This document shows, one piece after another, positions 37,576 through 47,503 of a stretch of DNA of 64,000 nucleotides. The stretch spans positions 22,013-86,012 of the forward strand of contig JAQGHG010000026.1 in assembly GCA_028288925.1 (NCBI GenBank). Reading direction: 5' to 3'. A program made the translations under genes and the position numbers. Under the pieces are notes generated by a model that saw only the letters and a program-made list of their open reading frames with translations, had not been told where the DNA came from and did not search any database. This stretch comes from Patescibacteria group bacterium. GTDB lineage: Bacteria > Patescibacteriota > Saccharimonadia > UBA4664. Every line of letters starts with the position of its first letter. Position 1 is the stretch's first letter.

Positions 37576-38436
37576 ATGCTGACGCGCTTTGACAAAGCTG
37601 ATATAATCGGCCCCATGCAGACTACCTCGAAGACAGCTACCACTACCGAATTTAAGAAACTGATACTGCCCGACGGCCAACCGCGCGCTATGCCTGCCGA
37701 TATCACGGTCAAATTCCCGGTCCAAACCACGGTCGCGGTCAACCGCCTCCACCTCCTGGCCTACATCCCCTGGGACGATAACTATTCTGCCTGCGTACCC
37801 GCCGCGTACCGCGACTTCTTCCGCCACGCCCTGCCGCATCTCGGCGTGCGCACCAGCGATGTCCACACGGCGCTTTCGGTTTCCCATGTGCCCGAACTTA
37901 TCGCTCTGAGCCCTCAGCCGCTAAACGAGGCATTGCTCCACTTGGCCGTCATATTGCACGATTGCGGCTGGTCCAAGCTAGGCGAAGAAGACGTAGCCAA
38001 CAGTCTCGACTATTCCGCGCTGGCTTATTCCGACCAAGCGCTCCGGCCCAAAGAACAACATGCCACCCTGGGGGCAAATCTCTCCCGCCAGCTCCTCGAT
38101 AGCTACCAAGGCAGCGAGCTCCGGATGGCAACGGAACACGCCGCGCTCATCGCCGACATCGTGCACTACCACGACGCCGTCCGCCTCTGGGACGATACCC
38201 GCCTGGGCGCCGCCCCTGCTGAGTATTGGCTGGTGGTCGACGCCGACCGCCTGTGGTCCTACACCCACGAAAATTTCTGGCTCGATACCATCCGCAAAAA
38301 CACCCCGGCGCCGGATTATGCGCGGCACTTGGCGGCCAATCTCGAAGATTACTTCCTGACGGAGCCGGGCAAAATCATCGCCCGCCGCCTCATGGCCGAG
38401 CGCCAAGCCGAAGTTGCTAATCTAGCGATCTCTTAA
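37576..38436 (+). CDS. HD-domain protein
   Basis: ILHDCGW and VHYHDA motifs. ORF-track start at 37450 would overlap the esterase. Met at 37576 preferred. Confidence 0.5.
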   Translation: MLTRFDKADIIGPMQTTSKTATTTEFKKLILPDGQPRAMPADITVKFPVQTTVAVNRLHLLAYIPWDDNYSACVPAAYRDFFRHALPHLGVRTSDVHTALSVSHVPELIALSPQPLNEALLHLAVILHDCGWSKLGEEDVANSLDYSALAYSDQALRPKEQHATLGANLSRQLLDSYQGSELRMATEHAALIADIVHYHDAVRLWDDTRLGAAPAEYWLVVDADRLWSYTHENFWLDTIRKNTPAPDYARHLAANLEDYFLTEPGKIIARRLMAERQAEVANLAIS

Positions 38437-38692
38437 GAACTTCATCGAGCAGGTTCACGCTCCGGTCGCGTGAGCCGCGCAGCCTCGAGTTGGCCGACGC
38501 CAATTCGGCAGTCGTCTCGCGGATTACCTCCAGCAACACCTGGACACCCATCAGGAGCTCGTTGACCCGCTCCGAATGCACGGGGTTGATTTCGACATCA
38601 CTATCAAAGCTGCCGATCGCCGCCCGCGCCAGCACCGGAATCAGCGCATCGTGCACTAACGTTAGCTCGTCCTTGGTGATTTGTTTGGTCAT
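38417..38692 (-). CDS. Small hypothetical protein
   Basis: About 90 aa ORF, no motif. Confidence 0.3.
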   Translation of the reverse strand: MTKQITKDELTLVHDALIPVLARAAIGSFDSDVEINPVHSERVNELLMGVQVLLEVIRETTAELASANSRLRGSRDRSVNLLDEVLKRSLD

Positions 38693-38753
38693 AGGGAGTA
38701 CCCTCAATCTACGCACTAGACACTAGAATACCATTTCACCGGACCAAAACTCT

Positions 38754-39119
38754 ATGATAAACAAAGTCTATCTTGATAACGACGGCCTCCTCCAAATCTG
38801 GGTGATAGGGGACCAAACTGCCGAATCGGTCCGCGAAATGGGCGAGAAGGCGAGCATTTATAGTGCCCAATTGCGCAGTCAGGGCCGGCCGGTGCTCGTC
38901 CTCGATAATCTCATCAAAATGGGCGGCACCACTTCCGGCGCGCGCAAAGAAGTCGCGCGGATCGCCCGCACGCTCGATTTCGACCGCGCTGTGATGGTCG
39001 GCGATAGCTCGGCGCTCATGCGCTACGGCACCAACCTGATGCTGCGCGCTATCGGCCGCGGCAACACCCGCTATATGAGCAATCTCGCGGTGGCCCGTCA
39101 TTGGCTCCTCGGGCTCTAA
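38754..39119 (+). CDS. STAS/SpoIIAA-like small protein (DUF3478-like)
   Basis: 121 aa. Paralogous pattern to 43340-43738. Confidence 0.4.
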   Translation: MINKVYLDNDGLLQIWVIGDQTAESVREMGEKASIYSAQLRSQGRPVLVLDNLIKMGGTTSGARKEVARIARTLDFDRAVMVGDSSALMRYGTNLMLRAIGRGNTRYMSNLAVARHWLLGL

Positions 39120-39201
39120 GCTAATTCTTATCGGCTGGCCAGGAGGCTATCAGGCAGCCTTGGCATGATGAGGATGTTCAATTAACCGAAAGGAAAACAT
39201 T

Positions 39202-39711
39202 ATGAACACCCTATCCAAGAAAATTCTCATCCCGATGGCCGCCGTGGCCGTCATCGGCGCCGGCGCCTTCGGCGTCAGCCAAGCCTCGGCCGCCAGCACC
39301 ACGGCCGCCGGCGATCCGCAGGCGTCGCTCGTTCAAAAGCTAGCCGACACCTTCCACATCGATAAATCGAAAGTCCAGGCGGTATTCGATCAAAATCATA
39401 CCGAGAAGCAAGCCGCGCGTGAGGCCGAGTACGAGCAATCCCTGACTCAAGCCGTAACCGACGGCAAGCTCACCACGGAGCAAAAAGACGCCGTGCTGAC
39501 CGAGCACAAGAAGCTCCAGGCCGCGATGCAAGCCGCCAAGGCTAATACCGGCGCCGACCGCCACACCGCCATGCAGCAACACCGCCAGGAAGTCAAAGAT
39601 TGGGCGGCCCAGCACAACATCGCCGAATCCTGGCTAATGGGCCCGGGCCATATGCGCGGCGGCAATCCGCCGGCCGACGCGCCTGACGCGCCCGGCGCAC
39701 CCGCTCAGTAA
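39202..39711 (+). CDS. Secreted alpha-helical protein
   Basis: Signal peptide MNTLSKKILIPMAAVAVIGAGAFGVSQASA. Followed by hairpin + T-run terminator. Confidence 0.5.
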   Translation: MNTLSKKILIPMAAVAVIGAGAFGVSQASAASTTAAGDPQASLVQKLADTFHIDKSKVQAVFDQNHTEKQAAREAEYEQSLTQAVTDGKLTTEQKDAVLTEHKKLQAAMQAAKANTGADRHTAMQQHRQEVKDWAAQHNIAESWLMGPGHMRGGNPPADAPDAPGAPAQ

Positions 39712-39735
39712 AAACCAAAACACGCACCTCTCAAA

Positions 39736-39766
39736 AAGGATCCGGCGCCGGCCGGGTCCTTTTTTA
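39736..39766 (+). terminator. Rho-independent terminator-like hairpin + T6
   Basis: GGATCCGGCGCCGGCCGGGTCC stem-loop followed by TTTTTT, 25 nt after stop at 39711. Confidence 0.55.
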
Positions 39767-39834
39767 ATTTGGACCTTTTTCCGGCTACACATTATGCTTA
39801 TGGTTAGAGTCATCATACAGATAGGAGAACGGCC

Positions 39835-41556
39835 ATGGCAAAACCACAATCAACGCCCGCTCACGCGCCCAAAGACGACGCCGACGACGACACATCTTCA
39901 AAACGTTTGCGTCTGCCAGCAACGCTCAGAGACCGCATATTGCTGGGAATATCGCTACTCGCCCTCGTCATTGTCATATTATTCACGGTACCCTACACCC
40001 GGTATGGCGTACTCGGCCAGATCTTCAAACGGCCGGTAGCCATCGAAGTCCTCGATAGCCGCACCCACAAACCCGTGAGCGACGCCCTGATCGAACTCGG
40101 CGGCAAGAAGTTCAAAACCGACGCCAAAGGCAAGGTCAACGCCGCCCAAGTTCCCGTCGGCGGGTGGCAATTGGCGGTCAACAAAAAATACTACAATCTC
40201 CTCCGGACCGACATCATGGTGCCGCTCTTCGGCCAAGCCAAGCTGCATAAGCTAGAGCTCGTAGCCATCGGGAACCAAGTGACGCTTAAGATTACCAACA
40301 AAATCACCGGAAAACCCATATCCAAAGCCAAGATTGCCGCGTTAGGCACCACCGCCATCACCGATGCCAATGGCGAAACCGTGATCGTCCTTCCTATCAA
40401 GCGGACGAGCGAGCCGGGCACCGTCAAGCTACCTGGCTATAACGATCTAGCCATCAACATCCAAAATACCGAAGCCCCCACCGCCACGAACACCTTCGCT
40501 GTCACGCCAAGCGGCAAGCTTTACTTCCTGAGCAAGCGCACCGGTAAAATCAACGTCATGAAGTCCGACCTCGACGGCGCCAACGCCTCGGTCGTCTTGG
40601 CCGGCACGGGCAGCGAAGACGACACCGACACCGTCCTGCTCGCCACGCGCGATTGGAAGTATCTGGCGCTCAAAGCCAAGCGCGATAGTGACCGCGCCAA
40701 ACTCTACATCATCAATACCGCCACCGATAAGCTTGATACCATGGACGAAGGCAAGGCCTCATTCGTACCGGTCGGCTGGAGTGGCCATCACTTTGTGTTC
40801 ACGGTCGCCCGCGACGATATCCCGTATTGGCAGCCCAAGCAGACCGCCCTCAAGGCCTATGACGCCGAAAAAGATACGCTGGCGACGCTAGACCAGACGG
40901 AGGCGGAAGGAACAGACGCGAATTACTACGTGGCCCAGAATATCGCGAACGTTTACCTGATCGACAACGCCGTAGTCTATACCAAGCAGTGGAACGGCGG
41001 GTATTACAGCGCTCCTCTCTACGCGGGCAAAAAGATCAGCATCTTCTCCGCCCCACTTTCCGGGGGTTCGCGCACGCCGCTCAAAGACTTCGATGCCAAG
41101 CCCAGCTTGTCTATTGGCGCGGCGCTCTACAAGCCCAAAGAGCCGTTATTCCAACTCAGCGACTACGGAGTCAACCCCAATAGTTTTAGCTTCTTTGAAT
41201 TGGATAACGGCAAAATTGCCACCGCCAGCGGGATAACTACCGACACGTTCAATAAATTCTACCCCACCTACATTCAATCACCCTCCGGCAAGCGGACCTT
41301 CTGGTATGAGCCCCGTGACGGCAAGAACAGCCTGTTTTCCGGCGACAGTGACGGTGCGGGCAGCAAAGAGCTTGCTAGCTTGAGCGAATTTACGCCCTAT
41401 GGCTGGTATGGCGACGACTACGTGCTGGTATCGAAGAACAAGAGCGAGCTCTACATCGCGCCCAAAGATTTGAGCAGCGCTCCGGTCAAAGTCACCGATT
41501 ATCACAAGCCCAACTTTAACGGCAATGGCTATGGCGGGGGATACGGCGGATTCTAG
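39835..41556 (+). CDS. Large membrane-anchored surface protein (CarboxypepD-reg-like repeats, beta-rich, C-terminal GNGYGGGYGGF)
   Basis: N-terminal TM anchor LLGISLLALVIVILF. Long beta-rich ectodomain. Confidence 0.5.
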   Translation: MAKPQSTPAHAPKDDADDDTSSKRLRLPATLRDRILLGISLLALVIVILFTVPYTRYGVLGQIFKRPVAIEVLDSRTHKPVSDALIELGGKKFKTDAKGKVNAAQVPVGGWQLAVNKKYYNLLRTDIMVPLFGQAKLHKLELVAIGNQVTLKITNKITGKPISKAKIAALGTTAITDANGETVIVLPIKRTSEPGTVKLPGYNDLAINIQNTEAPTATNTFAVTPSGKLYFLSKRTGKINVMKSDLDGANASVVLAGTGSEDDTDTVLLATRDWKYLALKAKRDSDRAKLYIINTATDKLDTMDEGKASFVPVGWSGHHFVFTVARDDIPYWQPKQTALKAYDAEKDTLATLDQTEAEGTDANYYVAQNIANVYLIDNAVVYTKQWNGGYYSAPLYAGKKISIFSAPLSGGSRTPLKDFDAKPSLSIGAALYKPKEPLFQLSDYGVNPNSFSFFELDNGKIATASGITTDTFNKFYPTYIQSPSGKRTFWYEPRDGKNSLFSGDSDGAGSKELASLSEFTPYGWYGDDYVLVSKNKSELYIAPKDLSSAPVKVTDYHKPNFNGNGYGGGYGGF

Positions 41557-41564
41557 GCTAAAAT

Positions 41565-43259
41565 GTGGCAATTAGCCGGGCCACGCATTATGCTTATGAT
41601 ATGAACCTCAAGGCAGACCTCCAAAAAACCATCAAGGGCGAAGTCGAAGACGCGCCCGAGCAGCTCGAAACCTACAGCCACGACGCCAGCCTCTTCGAGG
41701 TCAAACCCCAAGTAATCACCTATCCCAAGGACGCCGCCGACGTGATGGCGCTCGTCAAATACGCCACCGCCCACAAGGCCGCCCAGCCCAATCTCTCGAT
41801 TACGGCCCGCAGCGCCGGCACCGATATGTCCGGCGGCGCCGTCAACGACAGCATCATCGCCGACTTCAACCGCCACTTCAGTAAAATCTTCGAAGTTAGC
41901 TCGCAAGAAGCCCACGCCCAGCCTGGTGTCTTCTATCGCGAGTTCGAAAAAGCCACGCTGGAGCACAAAGCCCTCATGCCCAGCTACCCGGCCAGCCGCG
42001 AGCTCTGCACCATCGGCGGCATGGTCAACAACAACTCCGGCGGCGAAAAGTCGCTCGAATTCGGCAAGACCGAAAACTTCGTGAACGAGCTCAAGGTCGT
42101 CCTGGCCGACGGCAACGAATACGTCATGGGCCCGCTCACCAAGCCCCAGCTCGACGTCAAATGCGCGCAAAAAGACTTCGAAGGCGAAGTCTACCGCAAA
42201 ACCTTCGCCCTCGTCGAAAAGCACTACGACGTAATCAAGGCCGCCAAGCCCCACGTCACCAAAAATTCCACCGGCTACAACCTCTGGGACGTCTGGGACC
42301 GCGACACCGGCATCTTCGACCTCACCAAGCTCATCGTTGGTGCCCAGGGCACCCTCGGCTTCACCACCGACATCAAATTCCGCCTGGTGCCCGCCCGTCC
42401 GCACTCCGGCCTGCTCGTACTCTTCCTCAAGGACATCGACCGCCTCGGCGAAGTCATCAACAAAGTCATGGAGTACAAGCCCGCCACCTTCGAATCCTTC
42501 GACGACGTCACTCTCTGGCTATCCATCAAGTTCATGCCGTCGTTCCTGGGTATGCTCGGGCCGGTCAAATTCATCCAGCTCCTCATTAGCCTCATCCCCG
42601 ACGGCTTCATGCTGCTCCACGGCATCCCCAAGCTCATCCTCATGATCGAGTTCGACGGCGAGACCAAGGACGAGGTTAAAGCCAAGATCAAGGCCCTCCA
42701 CAAAGACCTCGACATCAAGCACAGTTATTACGAAATCACCGCCGAAGAAGAAGACCCCGACGAGAACAGCTCGCGCAAATACTGGCTGATGCGCCGCCAG
42801 AGCTTCCAACTCCTGCGCAAGAAGGTCAAGGACAAGCACACCGCGCCCTTCATCGACGACCTGGTAGTGCCTACCGAGCACCTGCCCGAATTCTTGCCGC
42901 AAATGCGCAAGATCATCAAAAAATACAACCTCTTCGCCACCATTGCCGGCCACATGGGCGACGGCAACTTCCACATCATCCCGCTCATGAAGATCGAGCT
43001 GCAGTCCGAGCGCGACAAACTCCGCCCCGCCATGGAAGAAACCAACGAACTCGTGCTCAAGTACGGCGGCTCGCTCTCCGGCGAGCACAACGACGGCATG
43101 ATCCGCGGCCCCTGGCTCGAGCGCGCCTACGGCAAGGAAGTCTACGGCCTCTTCCGCGAGACCAAAGACATTTTTGACCCCCATGGCATCTTCAACCCCC
43201 ACAAAAAGGCCAGCGCCGACTGGGAGTGGACCATGAGCCACATCCGCCAGTCATTTTAG
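41565..43259 (+). CDS. FAD-linked oxidase (PCMH-type FAD-binding, GlcD/D-lactate-dehydrogenase-like)
   Basis: FAD_binding_4 pattern (SITARSAGTDMSGGAV). C-terminal FAD-oxidase_C-like segment. Confidence 0.75.
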   Translation: MAISRATHYAYDMNLKADLQKTIKGEVEDAPEQLETYSHDASLFEVKPQVITYPKDAADVMALVKYATAHKAAQPNLSITARSAGTDMSGGAVNDSIIADFNRHFSKIFEVSSQEAHAQPGVFYREFEKATLEHKALMPSYPASRELCTIGGMVNNNSGGEKSLEFGKTENFVNELKVVLADGNEYVMGPLTKPQLDVKCAQKDFEGEVYRKTFALVEKHYDVIKAAKPHVTKNSTGYNLWDVWDRDTGIFDLTKLIVGAQGTLGFTTDIKFRLVPARPHSGLLVLFLKDIDRLGEVINKVMEYKPATFESFDDVTLWLSIKFMPSFLGMLGPVKFIQLLISLIPDGFMLLHGIPKLILMIEFDGETKDEVKAKIKALHKDLDIKHSYYEITAEEEDPDENSSRKYWLMRRQSFQLLRKKVKDKHTAPFIDDLVVPTEHLPEFLPQMRKIIKKYNLFATIAGHMGDGNFHIIPLMKIELQSERDKLRPAMEETNELVLKYGGSLSGEHNDGMIRGPWLERAYGKEVYGLFRETKDIFDPHGIFNPHKKASADWEWTMSHIRQSF

Positions 43260-43260
43260 A

Positions 43261-43283
43261 GGGCGCCCCACACTGGGGCGCCT
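43261..43283 (+). terminator. Perfect 9-bp stem hairpin after oxidase gene (no T-tract)
   Basis: GGCGCCCCA-CAC-TGGGGCGCC. Confidence 0.3.
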
Positions 43284-43339
43284 ACACATACACCCATGGG
43301 TACCCGGCATCCGCGCCAATAGAGTAGAGTGTTAATAGC

Positions 43340-43738
43340 ATGAATAAACTCCCCGGGACCCAACCCACCACCGCTGTACCGGCTGCCCACTTCGAGTGCG
43401 GTATCGAAGATGGTTATGTGTACGAACGCATCTGGGGCAAAATACAGCTCGCGGAAGCCGAAAAATCGGCTGCCCGGGTCATCGCGCTGGCGCGGGAGAG
43501 TGGCCACCGGCTCTTCCTGCTCGACATCGACCAGCTCGAATGGATCGATAGCCTCAGCGTCCGCAAGCGCGGCCTGGAGCTCATGCACCAAGGCAAACAG
43601 GTCTTTGACCATCTAGCGCTCGTCTCGCGCCGCCCGGCCATCACCTACCTAGTGAGTATGCTCGCCACCGGTGCGGGTCTCGACACCAAAGGTTTCAGCG
43701 ACAAAGCTGAAGCCGTCCGATGGCTGCGCTCAAAATAA
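43340..43738 (+). CDS. STAS/SpoIIAA-like small protein (paralog of 38754-39119)
   Basis: 132 aa. Shared conserved pattern with 38754-39119. Confidence 0.4.
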   Translation: MNKLPGTQPTTAVPAAHFECGIEDGYVYERIWGKIQLAEAEKSAARVIALARESGHRLFLLDIDQLEWIDSLSVRKRGLELMHQGKQVFDHLALVSRRPAITYLVSMLATGAGLDTKGFSDKAEAVRWLRSK

Positions 43739-43811
43739 GGTGGTAAGCCCAGTGTTTTAAACGCTCACAGCCAAGCATGTTCCTCAAAGCAGGAGTAAAC
43801 CGGTTTGCTCC

Positions 43812-44447
43812 TTGTATACTAGTGCTATGACCGCCCCCACCCTAGCTACCCAAATCGCCGCCGCCGAAGCCGCCCTCCAAAAGCTCGACCCCAAACTCGG
43901 TGCGCTCATCGCCACCCAAGCGCCCCTCAACCGCGTCCGCGAGGGGACGTACTTCGGCAACCTCACGCGCTCGATTGTCAGCCAGCAAATCTCGGTGGCG
44001 GCCGCGGCGTCTATCCTGGCGCGCATTCAGGCCGCCACCGCGCTCGACCCGCACGCCATTATCGCTCTCAGCGCGGACGAGCTGCGCGCCCTCGGCCTCT
44101 CACGCGGCAAAGCCGGCTACATCCACGACCTGGCCGAGCACTTCGTCCGCGACGCCGCCGTCTTCGACCACCTCGATCGCTTGCCCGACGCGCAGGTCAT
44201 TGCCGAGCTCACCGGCGTCAAAGGTATCGGCGTCTGGACCGCCCAAATGTTCCTCATGTTCACCCTCGGCCGCCTCGATGTCTTCGCCCCGGACGACGTC
44301 GGCCTCCAGCGCGCCATCGTGCGGCTCTACGGCCTCGATGCCGTCCCGCCCCGCGCCGAACTCGAACGCTTGAGCCAAGCCTGGCACCCGTACCGCACGG
44401 TAGCGAGCTGGCACCTCTGGGCGTCGCTCGACAAAACTCCGGTTTAA
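43812..44447 (+). CDS. HhH-GPD DNA glycosylase (DNA-3-methyladenine glycosylase II / AlkA-like)
   Basis: Helix-hairpin-helix ELTGVKGIGVWTAQMF followed by catalytic Asp region FAPDDVGLQRA. Confidence 0.75.
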   Translation: MYTSAMTAPTLATQIAAAEAALQKLDPKLGALIATQAPLNRVREGTYFGNLTRSIVSQQISVAAAASILARIQAATALDPHAIIALSADELRALGLSRGKAGYIHDLAEHFVRDAAVFDHLDRLPDAQVIAELTGVKGIGVWTAQMFLMFTLGRLDVFAPDDVGLQRAIVRLYGLDAVPPRAELERLSQAWHPYRTVASWHLWASLDKTPV

Positions 44448-45190
44448 GCCAATTTTAAGTGGCTCCGCAGTAGCTCATTAACGCGGCCGGGATTATCCAA
44501 GTTCGCCATATGACCGGCCCGCTCAATAGTCTCAAACGTCGTGCGGGGAGCATTTTTGGCAATGTGGCGGGCACATTCCTGGAAACCAGTTACGTCGTCT
44601 TCGCCCACCATCACGAGCGTCGGCATGGCCAGCTCGCCTAGGCGGTCGACAGCGGGCGGCGCGAGTTGAGTTTCGGTATTGGGGTGCGACCAGTGCCAGC
44701 CCGAATAATCCGCCACTATCTCATTAATCAGCCCCAGTGCTTCGGGATGGCCTTGCTCGCCGGCAAACAACGGCTCGCTTAGCCACGCCGCCTTGGCCGC
44801 CTCCAGACCGATGGCGGCTATATCGGGCTTAACGGCGCCTCGGCTCGGGAACCCGCTCAGAGCCGAATCAATCAACGTGAGCGTGCGCACATACGCCGGA
44901 TGCCTCAACGCGAAATCAATTGCCACCCGGCCACCCATCGAAAGCCCCACAATGTGGGCCGTCTCAATATTCAGCTGATCCAGCAGCGCCTGCAGGTCGT
45001 CGTAGTGCGCGTACTTGCCCTCGGGTAGGTCAGAAGCCCCAAACCCGCGCAGATCATACGAAACACACTTATAGTCACTCTGGAAAGCCTCGATCTGCGG
45101 CCGCCACATGCGGTGGTCGAGCGTAAAGCCATGTACAAACACCACCGGCTCGCCCTGCCCGGAAATCTCGTAATAAGGGGTAAATTTCAT
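44444..45190 (-). CDS. Alpha/beta hydrolase
   Basis: HIVGLSMGGRVA nucleophile elbow. Confidence 0.7.
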   Translation of the reverse strand: MKFTPYYEISGQGEPVVFVHGFTLDHRMWRPQIEAFQSDYKCVSYDLRGFGASDLPEGKYAHYDDLQALLDQLNIETAHIVGLSMGGRVAIDFALRHPAYVRTLTLIDSALSGFPSRGAVKPDIAAIGLEAAKAAWLSEPLFAGEQGHPEALGLINEIVADYSGWHWSHPNTETQLAPPAVDRLGELAMPTLVMVGEDDVTGFQECARHIAKNAPRTTFETIERAGHMANLDNPGRVNELLRSHLKLA

Positions 45191-45480
45191 AGCTCTAAGG
45201 ATAGCATGCCCGGCTCCACGCTAAAATCAAGCCATGTCAGAAGCACTCACCACCAGTACATTCATGCGGCAACTCGAAGCCCTGAAATCCCCCAAAGTTT
45301 TGAAAGGCTATGAGCGCTACTTTCCGCTCAAAGACGCGGCGATGATGTGTTCATCGGGGTACGGATGGGCAAAATCTTTGCCCTCGCCAAAGCCGGCGTC
45401 CACATGCCGCTGGCCGAAGTCGAAAAGCTCCTCGGAAGCCCCGTGCACTGGGCGGTTTTAGCCCCGAAAGCTTGGAGGCC

Positions 45481-45927
45481 TTACTGCACTACGGTCTCGT
45501 AATTGCCCACCACTGATCCACCCTCCCTTACGACGGTGCGGGTGCGCTTGGTGACGGCCTCTCTATTTGTACGCACTGCCGCGATCCAGTCTGGCGAGGC
45601 GCCGGTTTCCGGGTCGTGAGCAGCGCCCCATTCCGCTAGATCAAGCAATACCGGGACCAGGTCCAGACCTTTCTCCGTCAGCCGATACTCATCTTTGCGC
45701 TTGTCGGTCTGGCTGGGATGCTTGGAAAGAATGCCTTTTTGCTCCAGCGCCGCTAGCCGGCTCGCCAGTACACTCGTGCCAATCCGCTCCTCTGACGCCA
45801 AGAATTCACCGTAAGTTTTCTTGCCAAAGTAAACAATGTCGCGCACGATCAGCAACGACCAAGGATCGCCGAACATTTCTAAGGAGAAGTTAATGGCGCA
45901 ATCTGAGCGCCTATCTGTACGTTTCAT
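45481..45927 (-). CDS. HxlR-family (MarR-like wHTH) transcriptional regulator
   Basis: CAINFSLEMFGDPWSLLIVRDIV...GEFLASEERIGTSVLASRLAALEQKGIL. Confidence 0.75.
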   Translation of the reverse strand: MKRTDRRSDCAINFSLEMFGDPWSLLIVRDIVYFGKKTYGEFLASEERIGTSVLASRLAALEQKGILSKHPSQTDKRKDEYRLTEKGLDLVPVLLDLAEWGAAHDPETGASPDWIAAVRTNREAVTKRTRTVVREGGSVVGNYETVVQ

Positions 45928-45946
45928 GCAATAATACTATCATATT

Positions 45947-45965
45947 TACTTTCATAATGAAAGTA
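45947..45965. promoter_or_regulatory. Perfect 19-bp palindrome TACTTTCAT-A-ATGAAAGTA in the divergent HxlR / hydrolase intergenic region (candidate HxlR operator)
   Basis: Read directly. Centre at 45956. Confidence 0.5.
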
Positions 45966-46013
45966 TGTTAGGGTGCTATTAATAAGCATGAGTCTAGAGA
46001 GGAACAAAAATAT

Positions 46014-46784
46014 ATGTCCGCAGCGACTTCCAAAGATGGTACAAAGATTACCTATATCCAAGAAGGTAACGGTCCGGTTTTAGTCCTGGTAGGCGGCGCC
46101 TTGCAGCACAAGTCTGATCAGCTGATGGCCGGCCTCGCTCCGCTGCTGGCCAAAGAATTCACCGTGGTCAGCTACGACCGGCGGGGCCGGGGCGAAAGCA
46201 CCGATACTCAACCCTACGCCGTAGAGCGGGAAATTGAGGATCTGGAAGCCGTTATTAAAGAAGTCGGTGGTGCGGCTTTTGTCTTTGGCATGTCTTCCGG
46301 GGGCTCTCTGGTCCTTCTAGCAGCGTCAAAGGTTCCGAGTATCAAGAAGATAGCGACATACGAAGCGCCGTTTGTTTCCGAGCAGGAGGTAGGCAGTAAT
46401 GCAGCCGAATACATCACCGGGCTGAAAGAGGCCGTCGCGGCTGGTCAACACGGCAAGGCAGTCAAATTATTCATGAAGCGGATCGGCATGCCGGCCCCCA
46501 TGGTAGCTATCATGAGCCTTACCCCGATGTGGCCGAAGCTCAAGGCCCTCGCGCCGACCCTAGTATACGACGCCCTCATAGTCGGCGATGGTTCAGTGCC
46601 GAAGCAGCTCTCGTCAGTTACGGCTCCGGTGATGCTCATCACCGGCACCTCGGACCAGATGAAGAACGCCGCGAAAGCGGCTCTCGGAGTGCTCCCGAAC
46701 GCGGCGCGCCAGGTACTCGAGGGCCAATCCCACAACATCAAGCCGGCCGCTCTCGCCCCCGCGTTAAGTAAATTCTTTAAGTAA
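46014..46784 (+). CDS. Alpha/beta hydrolase
   Basis: VFGMSSGGSLVL nucleophile elbow. Divergent from HxlR. Confidence 0.7.
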   Translation: MSAATSKDGTKITYIQEGNGPVLVLVGGALQHKSDQLMAGLAPLLAKEFTVVSYDRRGRGESTDTQPYAVEREIEDLEAVIKEVGGAAFVFGMSSGGSLVLLAASKVPSIKKIATYEAPFVSEQEVGSNAAEYITGLKEAVAAGQHGKAVKLFMKRIGMPAPMVAIMSLTPMWPKLKALAPTLVYDALIVGDGSVPKQLSSVTAPVMLITGTSDQMKNAAKAALGVLPNAARQVLEGQSHNIKPAALAPALSKFFK

Positions 46785-46799
46785 AAAGAGGACAGCAGG

Positions 46800-47429
46800 T
46801 TGAACACAACAAAAAAACTTCTGGCTTGTGGTGTGATCGCGGGGCCAATATTCATTATCGTAGCCTTAATCCAGGCGTTCACCCGTGCTGGATTCAACTT
46901 CACTCATCAGCCCATTAGCTTCTTGAGCTTAGGAAACCTAGGCTGGATCCAGATAAGCAATTTCCTCCTCAGCGGCTTGTTGGTGATCGCTTTTGCTCTC
47001 GGTATAGGACGAGTGCTACGGTCTAAGCCGGGCGGCACGTGGGGACCCTGGTTCCTCGGGGGCCTTGGCTTAGGACTCATCGTGGCCGGGCTTTTCCCAC
47101 CCGACGCCGGTTTCGGTTATCCCGTTGGAACCCCTGACGGGCCACCGGCGGTCCTGACGTACCACTCGGCTCTGCACGGCACCGGCTTTACGCTATCATT
47201 CGTCTTCTTCGTGCTAGCGTGTATCGTGTTTGTGCGCAGAGACGCCATTCGGAAAGATTGGGGAAGAGTCGCCTACACCGCGATAACGGCCGTCGCGGCC
47301 CTCACCCTCAGTATGTGGCCGGGCACCAATGGAGTCGCCTTACGAGATTTCGCGGCAGCGGTGTTCTTGTGGACCTGGATAACCCTGCAGTCAGCTTGGT
47401 TGATCTCTGGGCTCACCAAGGATAGCTAA
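46800..47429 (+). CDS. Membrane protein (DUF998-like)
   Basis: 6 TM helices. Confidence 0.4.
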   Translation: MNTTKKLLACGVIAGPIFIIVALIQAFTRAGFNFTHQPISFLSLGNLGWIQISNFLLSGLLVIAFALGIGRVLRSKPGGTWGPWFLGGLGLGLIVAGLFPPDAGFGYPVGTPDGPPAVLTYHSALHGTGFTLSFVFFVLACIVFVRRDAIRKDWGRVAYTAITAVAALTLSMWPGTNGVALRDFAAAVFLWTWITLQSAWLISGLTKDS

Positions 47430-47468
47430 AGGGACTGAGGTCGAAATTATTCAAGCAGGCCAGTTACC

Positions 47469-47497
47469 TTGACAGCCATAGTAATGTGCTATACATT
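47469..47497 (+). promoter_or_regulatory. Sigma70-like promoter TTGACA-N17-TACATT overlapped by AATGT-N5-ACATT inverted repeat (PadR-box-like) upstream of padR
   Basis: TTGACA at 47469-47474. TACATT at 47492-47497. IR at 47483-47497. Confidence 0.4.
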
Positions 47498-47503
47498 GTA
47501 CTC

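Noticed and set aside
41553-43241. Minus-strand ORFs 41553-42404 and 42519-43241 (Gly/Val/Ala/Glu-rich)
   Set aside because: Antisense to the FAD-linked oxidase gene. Low-complexity composition, no motifs.
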